Positions 46,057 to 55,798 of a DNA stretch of 64,000 bases are shown here, piece after piece. The position numbers were made by a program, and so were the translations under genes. How positions within the stretch are numbered: the first letter of the stretch is position 1; every line of letters begins with the position of its first letter. Source of the DNA: a virus (Duplodnaviria > Caudoviricetes); IMG/VR virus record IMGVR_UViG_2821731843_000002. One strand, given 5' to 3'. The notes beneath the pieces were generated by a model. It saw only the letters and a list, made by a program, of their open reading frames with translations. It searched no databases and was not told the origin of the DNA.

Positions 46057-46298
46057 TTTGTGCCTCCATTATTCGTCATAAGAAATTTCTAAAAAGTACT
46101 AATGTACACTAACAGTTAATGTATTTCTGTTGATCAAGTATAGTGTAATATTCTTCATGTTTGATACCCTCAATGTTGAAATCTCTTAGATCTCCGACAA
46201 GACTGTTGTCATTTGCTCCAGTCGGTCAAACTGGCAATTTGGCCTCTGGCCCACCATTTTCTGGGATCTAAAAAAGTGTTGGTTCCGAGGCAGGGCGT

Positions 46299-47549
46299 TC
46301 AAATCGGAGATCGAACAGGAGAGTTTCTCCCCCACATACTTTGCACCACCAACATGCGGTGCTTATTGCCCTGAATCTCTAGCGCCACTGTGTAGATCTG
46401 TGCGCCAAACCGCCTCGAGAACCGAACAATCGAATGACCAGCGCGCGAAGTGCCTGCGGCCTCTATGCTATCAGGTTGATCCAGAATGCGGGGCAACAAA
46501 GCAAGGTTTTCCTGGTTGATCTCGAATTGACCCCGCAAGTCTTCTGAGGCGTTGCCGTGTGACGCCAGGACATGGCGCACAGCGGAATCGTCCAGAGTGA
46601 AGTGGTAGTTGTCCAGATCTTGCCCGGTGGCTTCGGCAATGCGCTGGCGATGTGCCTGGCTCAACCGGCCCATTGTGCGGATCGGCGCGACTGTGCGCCC
46701 GTCAGCAACCGCCCCGGCGTAGCGGCGCACGTCGTCCTGCAGCGAGACCAGGTTGCGATAGGCGGTGGAATGGGCGTCCTGGGCCGAGGCGGGCAGGTCA
46801 TCCATATAGGCGCGAGAAATCGCATAGGGCCAGTTGACGGTTTTGCCTGCCATAGTCTGCACCAGGTCGGCGACAGAGCCACCGGGGGCATGGTCCCAGC
46901 CTTCCCCAATACCGTCCAGACGTCCGGTGTTGGGGTTCACCTGGCCCCAATCGTCAGGCAGGACCTTGGAAGGATCGCCGCCGCGCCGTTTGGCTCCACC
47001 CATGGTGCGCGCGCCAAAGATCTGGCAATTGCAGCCAAACCCATTGGGTGGGAAGGCCTTCACCCAGAATGGATGATCTGACGGCAGGATCAGCCCGTCC
47101 CAGGCAAGGTGCTGCAAACGTGGCTCGTTGGACCCGCCGTGGCGGTAAATCCAATACTTGAATTTGCCCTGGCGCAACTGAGCAAGGCGACCGGCCATAA
47201 AGGAGCTTCGCATATTGGTGTGGTAGATCGTCCGCATCCGCCAGGCTTGCCCGGCTTCAGTGTCTTCTCCTGTCCAGCCGGTCCATCCGCGCTTGGCAAC
47301 AATGGCCCTGAAATCGCGTTTGAATGCTTCAGTGCCGGTGCCTTCAGTAATTGTTCGCTCTACTGCGGCTGCCAGATCCGCTAGCAGATCGGCCTTAACG
47401 GCACCGGCCACCATAAAGCCCCGGTCCTGAGCGGACCCCGCCAAATCATCCCAAGCCGAACTGGGCACCAGATTGCCCAGGCGCAGCCGGAACGCCGCCA
47501 CTTGCTGCGCAAAGGGCTGGCGGAAAATGGCACCAACCGGGTCAGTCAT
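46299..47549 (-). CDS. Head morphogenesis protein gpF with C-terminal putative nuclease (PBECR-like) domain
   Basis: RTIYHTN, RLQH..WDG, FPPNGFGCNC; C-terminal LDDSAVRHVLASHG motif. Confidence 0.85.
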   Translation of the reverse strand: MTDPVGAIFRQPFAQQVAAFRLRLGNLVPSSAWDDLAGSAQDRGFMVAGAVKADLLADLAAAVERTITEGTGTEAFKRDFRAIVAKRGWTGWTGEDTEAGQAWRMRTIYHTNMRSSFMAGRLAQLRQGKFKYWIYRHGGSNEPRLQHLAWDGLILPSDHPFWVKAFPPNGFGCNCQIFGARTMGGAKRRGGDPSKVLPDDWGQVNPNTGRLDGIGEGWDHAPGGSVADLVQTMAGKTVNWPYAISRAYMDDLPASAQDAHSTAYRNLVSLQDDVRRYAGAVADGRTVAPIRTMGRLSQAHRQRIAEATGQDLDNYHFTLDDSAVRHVLASHGNASEDLRGQFEINQENLALLPRILDQPDSIEAAGTSRAGHSIVRFSRRFGAQIYTVALEIQGNKHRMLVVQSMWGRNSPVRSPI

Positions 47550-49191
47550 CTGCGGCGTCTTCAATCATGGCGCGGCCACCAGCCATAGAGGCAGCAATGG
47601 CCTCGCCCATGACTTTGGCCAGATCCTCGGTGGGCAGTTCTGGAAATCCGCCCAGGAGATTTTCACGGAATTCTTCCAGCGAACCAGACGCTTCCAGCAT
47701 GGCCTCAATTGTTGAAACCATGTTCGTCATTGCCGGAGTGGCGGCTTGACCCAATTGATCGGCTAAAAGCGCAGTTGGCTCGATATCGTCAACGTGGCCC
47801 GCTGAGGGCTCTTGAGACTGTAGAGCGGCATCCCCCTGAAAATTCCCGTTGAGGCCCTTTAAGTGGTATTTAACTTTAGTCTCAGGGCTATTCTTGTCGC
47901 CTTTGCCACCGGCGACCTGTGGATTTGAAGCTGTGGACGCGGTTTTGCCCAAAACTGGCGCGCCAGCCTTGGGGGCACTCAGGCCCAGCTTGTCGCGGAT
48001 TTCGCCTTCATCCACTTCGAGGCCAATCTGAACCCATGGCACGGCGGCATCGGTCCAGGCTTTTAAGTCTTCCGCTTTCGGGCGGGCGATCACCAGGCGC
48101 GGGTAGGTTTTCTGTGGCCCAAACTCAAACTGCATCCAGGGAATAATCAGATCGCGGTTTAGAATTGCGCCCAGATCCTGAGCGTCGGCGGTCTCGATAT
48201 CCTCCTGGACCTCTCGATGCTCTTTGCCAGAACCCAGGCCACCGGTGACGGCATCGGTGGTGGCAGTCTGACCCAACACAAGTTTGGAGGTTTGCCGGTC
48301 CAGCCAGTCGCAGCGCTTTTCATAATGCTCGGTTGAGGAGCCCATGTTTTGGGCCGTGACAAATTCAATCATCATGCTTTCGGGAATGATGGCGGCGCAG
48401 TCACCGGCAATATTCGCCACCGCCTGAAACAGCTTGTTGCGATCTTTCTCAGATGTTCCCGGCCCATATTTGCCGATCCGCAAAGGCTGGCCGTAGGTTT
48501 GGCTGAAGATCGACCAGTCTCGCTGGGTGAAGGCCTTGAACATCCAAGTCCAGGCCGCCACGCGGGCGATACCGGACCGCAAGGCCAGGCCCGACTTGGC
48601 TTGCATCCGGGCATGAATGAACCTGAAGGCGGGCAGGGGAACCTCTTGGCCGATATCATTCAGCATAAGTGGCGTTTCCAGGTTATGGCGCTCAAACCGG
48701 AACCAACGCGGGTCACGGAGTTTAAGTTCCTTAGGCTGCCATTGCCCCTCAGAGCTTTCCCAGATGATTTCCGTAAAGGAATAGCCTTTGCCGACAGCAT
48801 CCAGAATATGAAACAGCTCACTGGTCAACTCGCCGCGCTTCACCCACTTGCGGACCCGCTCGGCCATCTCGACGCTAATAGGGCTGTCATCAACGGTCTC
48901 TACTGCGATGTCGAGCTGACTGACTGACCGTTTACGGGTGCCCAACACACCGACGTAATGCGGGTCGCGCTCTTCAATGGCTTCGGCCAGTTCCAGATAG
49001 CGCACCGGGTCGCCGTGGTCGGCAGACCTGAGGATCTGCGCCAGACGCAACGGGTTCAACCCATCAGCCGGATAGCCAGTCACAGGGGAGCGGACCCCGC
49101 CAAAGCTCGGCGCGGCGATTTCCTCTGTAAGCGATGCACGGTCAATCGGGCGACCATCTGGGCCGAGAACTTTTTGTTGTCTACGGGCCAT
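47542..49191 (-). CDS. Portal protein, DUF935 family
   Basis: EAIEERDPHYVGVLGTRK, FSQTYGQPLRIGKY, SKLVLGQT motifs. Confidence 0.9.
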   Translation of the reverse strand: MARRQQKVLGPDGRPIDRASLTEEIAAPSFGGVRSPVTGYPADGLNPLRLAQILRSADHGDPVRYLELAEAIEERDPHYVGVLGTRKRSVSQLDIAVETVDDSPISVEMAERVRKWVKRGELTSELFHILDAVGKGYSFTEIIWESSEGQWQPKELKLRDPRWFRFERHNLETPLMLNDIGQEVPLPAFRFIHARMQAKSGLALRSGIARVAAWTWMFKAFTQRDWSIFSQTYGQPLRIGKYGPGTSEKDRNKLFQAVANIAGDCAAIIPESMMIEFVTAQNMGSSTEHYEKRCDWLDRQTSKLVLGQTATTDAVTGGLGSGKEHREVQEDIETADAQDLGAILNRDLIIPWMQFEFGPQKTYPRLVIARPKAEDLKAWTDAAVPWVQIGLEVDEGEIRDKLGLSAPKAGAPVLGKTASTASNPQVAGGKGDKNSPETKVKYHLKGLNGNFQGDAALQSQEPSAGHVDDIEPTALLADQLGQAATPAMTNMVSTIEAMLEASGSLEEFRENLLGGFPELPTEDLAKVMGEAIAASMAGGRAMIEDAADD

Positions 49192-50870
49192 TAGATCCCC
49201 CCTCTTAAACCGGCACCTAACGGTGACCGCCACCAATCGCTGCCTTCAGACGCTGAGCCCCATTCATCGCCGGAATTGCCGGTCAGGCTGTCGCGGCGCG
49301 GATCGCCGACCGGCGTGTAGTCAATTTCCACCCAACGTTGGCGGGAGGCGAAATGCGCCAGTGCCAGGGCGATGGCATAATCGCCGTGGCGTTTCTTGCC
49401 TTTGGCGTCTGCTTCGCGCACTTCAGGCACACGCGGAATGCCCCGGATTTTCTTCACCGAGCGCAGATCGCTGACGTGGTCGTCGCTTTTGCCGATTGCG
49501 ATGGTGGCGTCTTCAAAGGCGGTTTTAAGGGGCGGCATTTCCAGCCGGTACCAGTCCTGGCTAAACTTGATAGCCCAAACCAGGCCGGGGGTATCAATAC
49601 TCTCGCGCAAGCCAAATTTGCGGCCCATGTCTTCGGCGACGGTCCAACCCATGCCAGTGGCATCAAAGGCAGCCCCGACCAGGCCTTCGCGCACCGCGTT
49701 CATGACTTCAGCGACAATGGCCTTTTGCTCATCGCCTGGCACATTGCGCATTTCAATCGACAGGGCCTCGCGGCGGTTCAGGTTTTGCTCGATGGCCAGC
49801 AGGCTCAGGACTGACAGATCGGCCACGCGGGCAAAGTCAAATCCCAAGGCATAATGGGGCTTTTGATCAAGCCCCGAGAGCACCTCTTCCAGATCCAACA
49901 TGAAGTCGCGCAACAGGTCCCGCCGTCTGTCTTCAGGCAATTGCAGGTAGTCGTCTGGCAGCTCTAAGGTCAGAACCGGAGCGTCGGCAGTCATGCGCGC
50001 CTCGATCAGCGGCGCGGTGAGCCAGGCCCCGGTGCCCGCTTTGGGAATACAATGAAGCTCTTCGTCGGCATCGTCGCCATAGATCTTGTGAATATCATCT
50101 GACCAGGCTTTCTTGGCCTCTTCGGTGTCGGGTTTGCCAGTGACAAGGGCGATGCGCTCATAAAGCCCGGCCTCAATGGCGTCGCTGAAATCAACCCGCA
50201 CCACTTTGGCATTGTCGCCGCGCTCTCCCGCCTGGATCTGACGCACCAGGACATTGAACGGGTTGGCATCGCCGTCGTGGGTGGAAATCACCAGCACCTT
50301 GCCGCCCCACATTAGCAGTGCGTTGGCGGCTTTCAACATCTCGTCCAGCTCTTCGTGGAAGGCCGCCTCGTCAAAGATCACATAACCCTGACGTCCCCGC
50401 AGGGATCGCGGCTTGCTGGTCAGTGCGACAATCTCAAAGCCAGAGGCAAACTTGATCCGGAAGGCCAGAATGTCTCGATCTTCTTCCCCGTTGCGCTGAT
50501 CCTTGAACAGGAATTCCTGCACCGAACTGGCCGCCGGAATAAAGGCCTTTGCCCACATCGCCGCCGTGTCGATGAATTCGCGCGCCATGTCGAGATTAAA
50601 GCCGATGTAAAGCGTGTCCATGCCGCCAGCGGGTTTGGACGCGCCCGAGGTCAGCACAGCGTCTGCGGCCACCGCCCAGGTCATGCCGATCCGGCGGGAC
50701 TTTTCGCAGACTACGAATGGGTACAAAGCGGTCGTTTGCAGCAGCGTTTTTTGATAGTCCAGCAGCACCGCTGGCAGATCGTCGTCGTCAGCAATGACAT
50801 CGGGTAGGGCCTGGCGGCTTTGGGCGCGCAGGGCGTCCCATTTCTGGTCGGAGAGGGGTTCAGCAGTCAT
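49191..50870 (-). CDS. Terminase large subunit (Mu gp28-like)
   Basis: EKSRRIGMTW, IFDEAAFH, ISTHDG, GFDFARVAD, HGDYAIA motifs. Confidence 0.9.
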   Translation of the reverse strand: MTAEPLSDQKWDALRAQSRQALPDVIADDDDLPAVLLDYQKTLLQTTALYPFVVCEKSRRIGMTWAVAADAVLTSGASKPAGGMDTLYIGFNLDMAREFIDTAAMWAKAFIPAASSVQEFLFKDQRNGEEDRDILAFRIKFASGFEIVALTSKPRSLRGRQGYVIFDEAAFHEELDEMLKAANALLMWGGKVLVISTHDGDANPFNVLVRQIQAGERGDNAKVVRVDFSDAIEAGLYERIALVTGKPDTEEAKKAWSDDIHKIYGDDADEELHCIPKAGTGAWLTAPLIEARMTADAPVLTLELPDDYLQLPEDRRRDLLRDFMLDLEEVLSGLDQKPHYALGFDFARVADLSVLSLLAIEQNLNRREALSIEMRNVPGDEQKAIVAEVMNAVREGLVGAAFDATGMGWTVAEDMGRKFGLRESIDTPGLVWAIKFSQDWYRLEMPPLKTAFEDATIAIGKSDDHVSDLRSVKKIRGIPRVPEVREADAKGKKRHGDYAIALALAHFASRQRWVEIDYTPVGDPRRDSLTGNSGDEWGSASEGSDWWRSPLGAGLRGGI

Positions 50871-51424
50871 CGCTTGCCGCCAAACAAAATCTGTTCGCGG
50901 ATGCCCTGGATGGTGCCTTTGGTCATGCCGAGCTGAATGGCCGCTTGCTCAAAGTCATCAACGGCGGCTTCGCGGGCCTTCTGCTCAACGCGGCGGCGCT
51001 CGTCTTCTCGCAGTTTTTCGCGCATCCCAGCAGACTGCATCAGATCCTTAAGCATGCGGGACAGGTTGGCCAGGCTTTTGGGGTCAAAGTCCTGATCCTT
51101 TTCAGACATGGCTTGCATCATCTGGAAGGCGGCTGTTGCAATCATCTGCATCAGCACTTTGTGCATGTTGCTTTCGCCCTCGATGTCCAAGTCGGCCAAC
51201 ATGGTTTCAGCCATGGCAAAAGCGTCGCGCTGATCTTTCAGCAGCTTGGAAAACTCTCCTACGGCTGACTTGCCGATGGTGAGTTTTTCGCCGCGTTCTT
51301 CAAGCCACGAATTCAGTTCGTCGGTGACGTCCATGATGTCACCAAAACCGCGTTCCTGTAGCAGTTGCGCCAATCGTTGGCGCAGCTCATCCGGGACCAG
51401 ATCCAGTTTCTTAGGCGGAGGCAT
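50867..51424 (-). CDS. Mu gp27-like (DUF3486) putative terminase small subunit
   Basis: MPPPKKLDLVP, GKSAVG motifs. Confidence 0.8.
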   Translation of the reverse strand: MPPPKKLDLVPDELRQRLAQLLQERGFGDIMDVTDELNSWLEERGEKLTIGKSAVGEFSKLLKDQRDAFAMAETMLADLDIEGESNMHKVLMQMIATAAFQMMQAMSEKDQDFDPKSLANLSRMLKDLMQSAGMREKLREDERRRVEQKAREAAVDDFEQAAIQLGMTKGTIQGIREQILFGGKR

Positions 51425-51427
51425 GGA

Positions 51428-51724
51428 TTACGCCCCCGGCTTGGGGCGCTGGATTTCAGGATGGCGGGCAATGCCCTGGGCAATCTCGACGCCGCGCGTG
51501 GTCGCAATAGCAACGATGAACGCGCCAGTTTCCTCGGTTTCAACCAAGCCCTGTTCCTTTAGCCAGGCCAGCTCGGTCACCACTTGGGCACGGGTGAAGG
51601 CAATTCCGATCAGGGGAAGTTGCGAGGCCAGCATGGACACATTCGATGTGTACTTTGGCGCGTCTTCCAGAAAGCGCAGAATGGCAATCCGGGCATGTTG
51701 GCGCACTGTGTCTGAATAGCTCAC
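51428..51724 (-). CDS. Mu gp26-like small protein
   Basis: RIAILRFL, WLKEQGLV, TTRGVEIAQG motifs. Confidence 0.7.
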   Translation of the reverse strand: MSYSDTVRQHARIAILRFLEDAPKYTSNVSMLASQLPLIGIAFTRAQVVTELAWLKEQGLVETEETGAFIVAIATTRGVEIAQGIARHPEIQRPKPGA

Positions 51725-52092
51725 TTGCCTTTTCCTTTGTCGAGTAGGTGGTCTTCATGCCGCGTGACAACGGTTTCCAGGCGTCGCATCACATCGCGCT
51801 GCGCGCCAATGTGGGCAGCGATGGCTTTGATTTCGCCGCCGATGTCGCTCATTGTCAGTTCCAGTCGGTGCATGTCTTCTTTTGCAGGCAGCGAGGCAAC
51901 GGTCTGTTGCAGCGCCTGGATTTCCAGATCGTGCTGGTCCATACGTTTGGACCCAGTGTCCAGGCGGGAGCTGACGGTCTTGAGGGCCTCGTCCACGTCC
52001 TTTTGACGGGTGGCAAACCAGGTGTAGATTATGCCGCCCAGTGGAATAGCCACCCCAAGGGTTTTCAGGGCCAGATCATAATCCAAAGTCAC
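51721..52092 (-). CDS. Mu gp25-like (DUF2730) protein
   Basis: TM then coiled coil, LPAKED motif. Confidence 0.7.
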   Translation of the reverse strand: MTLDYDLALKTLGVAIPLGGIIYTWFATRQKDVDEALKTVSSRLDTGSKRMDQHDLEIQALQQTVASLPAKEDMHRLELTMSDIGGEIKAIAAHIGAQRDVMRRLETVVTRHEDHLLDKGKGK

Positions 52093-52652
52093 TTGCCACC
52101 CTCGCGCCAGGCGCGGACGGCCTCGTTGTCTGACGGTTCAATAGCGGCTTCGGACAATCCAGCGTCGGTGCCGGTCTCGGCAGCGCCTGGGCTGTCATGG
52201 CGGAGGGCACGGATTTGGCTGATGCTTTCCAGAACCTGCGGCAACCGGGCGGTGCTTTGCGTGATTGCTTGGCTGAACTCTTGCGATTTCATCTGGAAGC
52301 GACCGCCAAAATAGAAGGCCACAATGGTTCCGGCCAACCACCACAATGGGTCTGGCACCAGAACCAGCCCCTGCATCCGTTCGGCAAACCAAAGCGGGTC
52401 GAACATGGCCGAGGCAAACAGTGAAAAAATGGCAATCACAATAAACGGACGGGGCAGGCGGTTTAACCCGTCCATAAAGCGATCAAAACGCCCCTTGCGT
52501 TCGACCTGGAACTCGGCCCCGAACTGGCCCAATGCCGACTGAGCATAATCGGCGCGACGCTGTGCGCCTGCTTCGGTGTTTTCCATGAACACCCCGGCGG
52601 TCTCGGCGACCACATTACGGCCACCACCAAAAATCAATTTCAGCAGGTTCAT
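52089..52652 (-). CDS. Holin (GTA-type 3TM family)
   Basis: Near-identical to 11014-11577. Confidence 0.75.
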   Translation of the reverse strand: MNLLKLIFGGGRNVVAETAGVFMENTEAGAQRRADYAQSALGQFGAEFQVERKGRFDRFMDGLNRLPRPFIVIAIFSLFASAMFDPLWFAERMQGLVLVPDPLWWLAGTIVAFYFGGRFQMKSQEFSQAITQSTARLPQVLESISQIRALRHDSPGAAETGTDAGLSEAAIEPSDNEAVRAWREGGK

Positions 52653-53260
52653 GACCAGCCCCCTACGCGCTTGGAAAATTCTTGATCTGTCATGTGGAAC
52701 TGCGGAGCGATGAACTCCTCGGCCCGCTTGATCCAGCCGCCTTTACCGCCAGCACGAGTGCGGGCGTATTTGCGCGACTTGGTGCGCCGGTCAGCAAGGC
52801 GAAAATAGTAATTGCGGCGGGCGATGCCGTAGGCGTCCACGAAATATGCGCCAGCCTTTTTGTAAGCCCGCTGGACGGCGGCGGCGGACTTGGGGCCTAG
52901 CGCGCCGTCTACAGTCACCGGTTCCTGAAAATCCCGAAGCAGCCGCTGCAGGATCTTCACCGCATTGCCGCCAGCGTTCACATACATGTCGAACACTGAT
53001 GGCTGCAGCTCGACAGGCAGCAGATCAATGCGCGGTCCCTTGAAATAGTGCCGGATGAAAATATCAACAGCCTGGGGCCGGGTCAGCAGGCGCACGTCTG
53101 AGACGTCCACATCGCCGTCGCGGTCCAGGTCTAGCCCCAAACGGCGCATGGTGTGGATGGTCACGCCGTAATTGGTAGCCCCGCCAGGATCGTCGGCGTC
53201 GTTCACATAGCCGCCCTCGCGCGCGACAATGGCTTTGGCAATTTGCTGAACTGACTGCAT
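52649..53260 (-). CDS. Endolysin, GH108 family
   Basis: EGGYVNDADDPGGATNYG; ATG 53260 with GAGGGG RBS. Confidence 0.9.
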   Translation of the reverse strand: MQSVQQIAKAIVAREGGYVNDADDPGGATNYGVTIHTMRRLGLDLDRDGDVDVSDVRLLTRPQAVDIFIRHYFKGPRIDLLPVELQPSVFDMYVNAGGNAVKILQRLLRDFQEPVTVDGALGPKSAAAVQRAYKKAGAYFVDAYGIARRNYYFRLADRRTKSRKYARTRAGGKGGWIKRAEEFIAPQFHMTDQEFSKRVGGWS

Positions 53261-53321
53261 TATTCGACCCCTCTGCAAACCTGTTTTCAGGGTCAGAATG
53301 GTCGACTTCAGAGTGCTTTAA

Positions 53322-53345
53322 ACACCCGCAACTGGTTGTGGCAGG
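53322..53345 (-). promoter_or_regulatory. Late-promoter dyad upstream of endolysin
   Basis: ACACCCGCAAC... matches 44202-44225 at 18/24; -10-like CATTCT at 53300-53295. Confidence 0.65.
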
Positions 53346-53510
53346 TAAACTTGGGGGAGTGAATGTTCGTTTGGGACTGGGGCCAACGCTCTTTTTGCCT
53401 CAAAGTCTGCATTGGGCTGCGGCTATTAGCCACTAGGCTAAAGCCCCTTCGTTGACAACGCCTTCTAAACAGTCGCAGATAACTGCATTTAGAAACAGGT
53501 CAATTTAGTA

Positions 53511-54059
53511 ATGAGATTGAAGGGTTGGAGTATGGTTGCGGTTGGAGCTGTCATTGGTTTGGCTGCTCTTGATGATGATTCAAACGATTTTTCAATTCGA
53601 AAAGTGCCAACCCCTACCACTGTGTCCACGCCCAGATCCCAGAATGCTCCATCGTCCAAAACCCAATATGTTACCGGCAATGTCGTGAATGTTCGGTCGG
53701 GGCCCGGCACTTCCTACAATAAGATATTTCAGCTGAAACGAGGCCAGAGGGTTCAAGCGCTCACTTCGGAAAATGGGTGGATCAAGCTTTCTGTCAACAA
53801 CCGCATTGGTTGGATGTTTGGAAAATACCTGAGTACCACTCAGCGACCTAGGCAAGTGCAACAAACCCAAGTCACCCACACCTTGGAAAAGAAGTGCCAC
53901 CCTAGTTACACTGGGGCTTGTGTGCCTATTGCAAGCGACGTGGATTGCGCTGGAGGTCGAGGCAATGGGCCTGCCTATGTTCGCGGACCGGTACGTGTTG
54001 TAGGTCCTGATATATACGGGCTAGACCGTGATCGAGATGGGATCGGATGTGACAGATAA
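53511..54059 (+). CDS. Exported SH3b-domain protein with C-terminal Cys/Ca-binding (excalibur-like) domain
   Basis: N-terminal hydrophobic stretch; VNVRSGPG...GWIKL...GWMFGKYL; CHPSY...DVDC...LDRDRDGIGC. Confidence 0.8.
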   Translation: MRLKGWSMVAVGAVIGLAALDDDSNDFSIRKVPTPTTVSTPRSQNAPSSKTQYVTGNVVNVRSGPGTSYNKIFQLKRGQRVQALTSENGWIKLSVNNRIGWMFGKYLSTTQRPRQVQQTQVTHTLEKKCHPSYTGACVPIASDVDCAGGRGNGPAYVRGPVRVVGPDIYGLDRDRDGIGCDR

Positions 54060-54119
54060 GGCGATTTTCGGCTCCTTGTCACTGTTGGCATCAAGCAAGT
54101 CTAATGTCCGCTTCCAGCC

Positions 54120-54335
54120 GATTGTGTTGAAAAGCTCAGATTTCGAGCATAGGTGGCAAATTCCTGACCGATACAGGGCAAGTGCAAAATTTGGCAGAGG
54201 GGTCGGCCAAAACTGGCCTCCGGTGCTGGTGGGTGAACTCTGCGCGCCTTGGGAACAACCTCATCTGATTTTAGTAAGAGATGCGTTTCTGCCAAAAATT
54301 TTCCAATTGCTGATATTAGAGTTTTCAACACAATC
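54120..54335. mobile_element. 216-bp MITE-like element
   Basis: Perfect 14-bp TIRs GATTGTGTTGAAAA / TTTTCAACACAATC; 4-bp direct repeat AGCC at 54116-54119 and 54336-54339; no transposase. Confidence 0.75.
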
Positions 54336-54460
54336 AGCCCCAACTCGACATTCGTTTGCGTAATGTATCTGAAACCCAGGCCTAGTAGTATGGACGGATA
54401 GCAGACATTAGCTGCTGCGCGGTTAATCCATGCACCCAACTGGCGGTAGTCAACTAAATT

Positions 54461-55423
54461 TCAAACTGATTTTGCTGTTGCCGCAGCTGCATCGCCAACA
54501 GCAATAATGGCTTCTCTAACTGAAACGAGGTGCTGTTCGACGTCAGCGCATTTCAGGGTTAACCGTTCGCCTAAAGGAGCTGTGTCGCCCGATTTCTTTA
54601 AGTATTCCAAGTCAACCACACCACGATTGTGAACGAAAAGGTGCCGCCTCTGGTTCAATATCCATAGGTCTTTGCCTAATGCGGTCTGAATATTTGACGA
54701 ATTGAAAAAAGCCTTCATTGCCCCCCTGATGTTTCCAAGACTGTCGAGCCGTCGATCTTTAAAGAGAACTGTGCCCATCGACTTTGAAAGGTCGAATCCG
54801 TGGTCGCCAATTGTTTGAAGATCGACGACCTTCTTTCCAAAAAAATCTTTCAAATCCTGAGAGGCAATGATGGAAGATGCTCGACTAGGATCATCATTAA
54901 GCCATGCAATTATAAATGAACGAGCGAAGCTTTCGAAGATTGACCAAGTGGAAATCAACGTCTGAACAAGTAATTCTTGCGCAGCAATCCTCACGGTTGA
55001 TGATTTCAAGCGCCTATCCATTTCAAAAATTATTTGATCCCGTATGATATCGCTTCCCTCGTCGTTATTAAGGAATTCAGTCATCTTTTGGTCAGCTGAC
55101 TTTAAGGCGCGTCGCTCAGAGTCTTCACTAAGGCCACTGCCTGGCTTTTCGGGAATAAGAGCAAGAATACGCTCCGCAGCATGAAACCTGTCAAATCGAC
55201 GCTGCATCGTCGACTCTTGAATAAGTTGGAATGGAAGCCCGGCCGCACTGATCACGCTATGAAGACCCTCAGCCGCAGAAGCAACAGATTTCGCGCACGG
55301 ATACTCACCGTCTGAATACGGCTCAAGCGGAGCAAGGAATGTTTCCGAGGGAAATATCATAAATACTTGTGCAGCTTCGATAGCTAAGTCACGAGGAGAG
55401 GGTGCTTTTTGTTTGTTGGTCAT
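54461..55423 (-). CDS. Hypothetical protein with C-terminal HEPN-type RxxxxH motif
   Basis: NQRRHLFVHNRG; all-helical, AT-rich; ATG 55423 preferred. Confidence 0.65.
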   Translation of the reverse strand: MTNKQKAPSPRDLAIEAAQVFMIFPSETFLAPLEPYSDGEYPCAKSVASAAEGLHSVISAAGLPFQLIQESTMQRRFDRFHAAERILALIPEKPGSGLSEDSERRALKSADQKMTEFLNNDEGSDIIRDQIIFEMDRRLKSSTVRIAAQELLVQTLISTWSIFESFARSFIIAWLNDDPSRASSIIASQDLKDFFGKKVVDLQTIGDHGFDLSKSMGTVLFKDRRLDSLGNIRGAMKAFFNSSNIQTALGKDLWILNQRRHLFVHNRGVVDLEYLKKSGDTAPLGERLTLKCADVEQHLVSVREAIIAVGDAAAATAKSV

Positions 55424-55798
55424 ACCAAAATTTCCGCTAAAAATATAATGTATGAATATGATGATAAACGACACCTGACAACTAACAGGAATCCCATTAT
55501 AAGAGTCACGCATCAATGTCACTTTGTGGAAACATTATACCATACACCGTTCCGATCTAGCCGTGCTTCTCGTTTCACATGTAAGTGGCGCCCTAAAAGC
55601 TGCACCGATAAGAATGGCGGCATTAGGAGTGTAGGTTTGCAAAGCCGAGCGGCAGGTGACTGCTTCGAAAGGCTGCACTGCAATGTTCCACACCCTGTTG
55701 AACGGCGGATCTAGGCCGAACAGACTGGCATTTGGTGGTCGGTTCAGCCGGTACGAGAAAAGCTATTAGTCGCAATATTTTAAAAGTTGGAAATCAAA

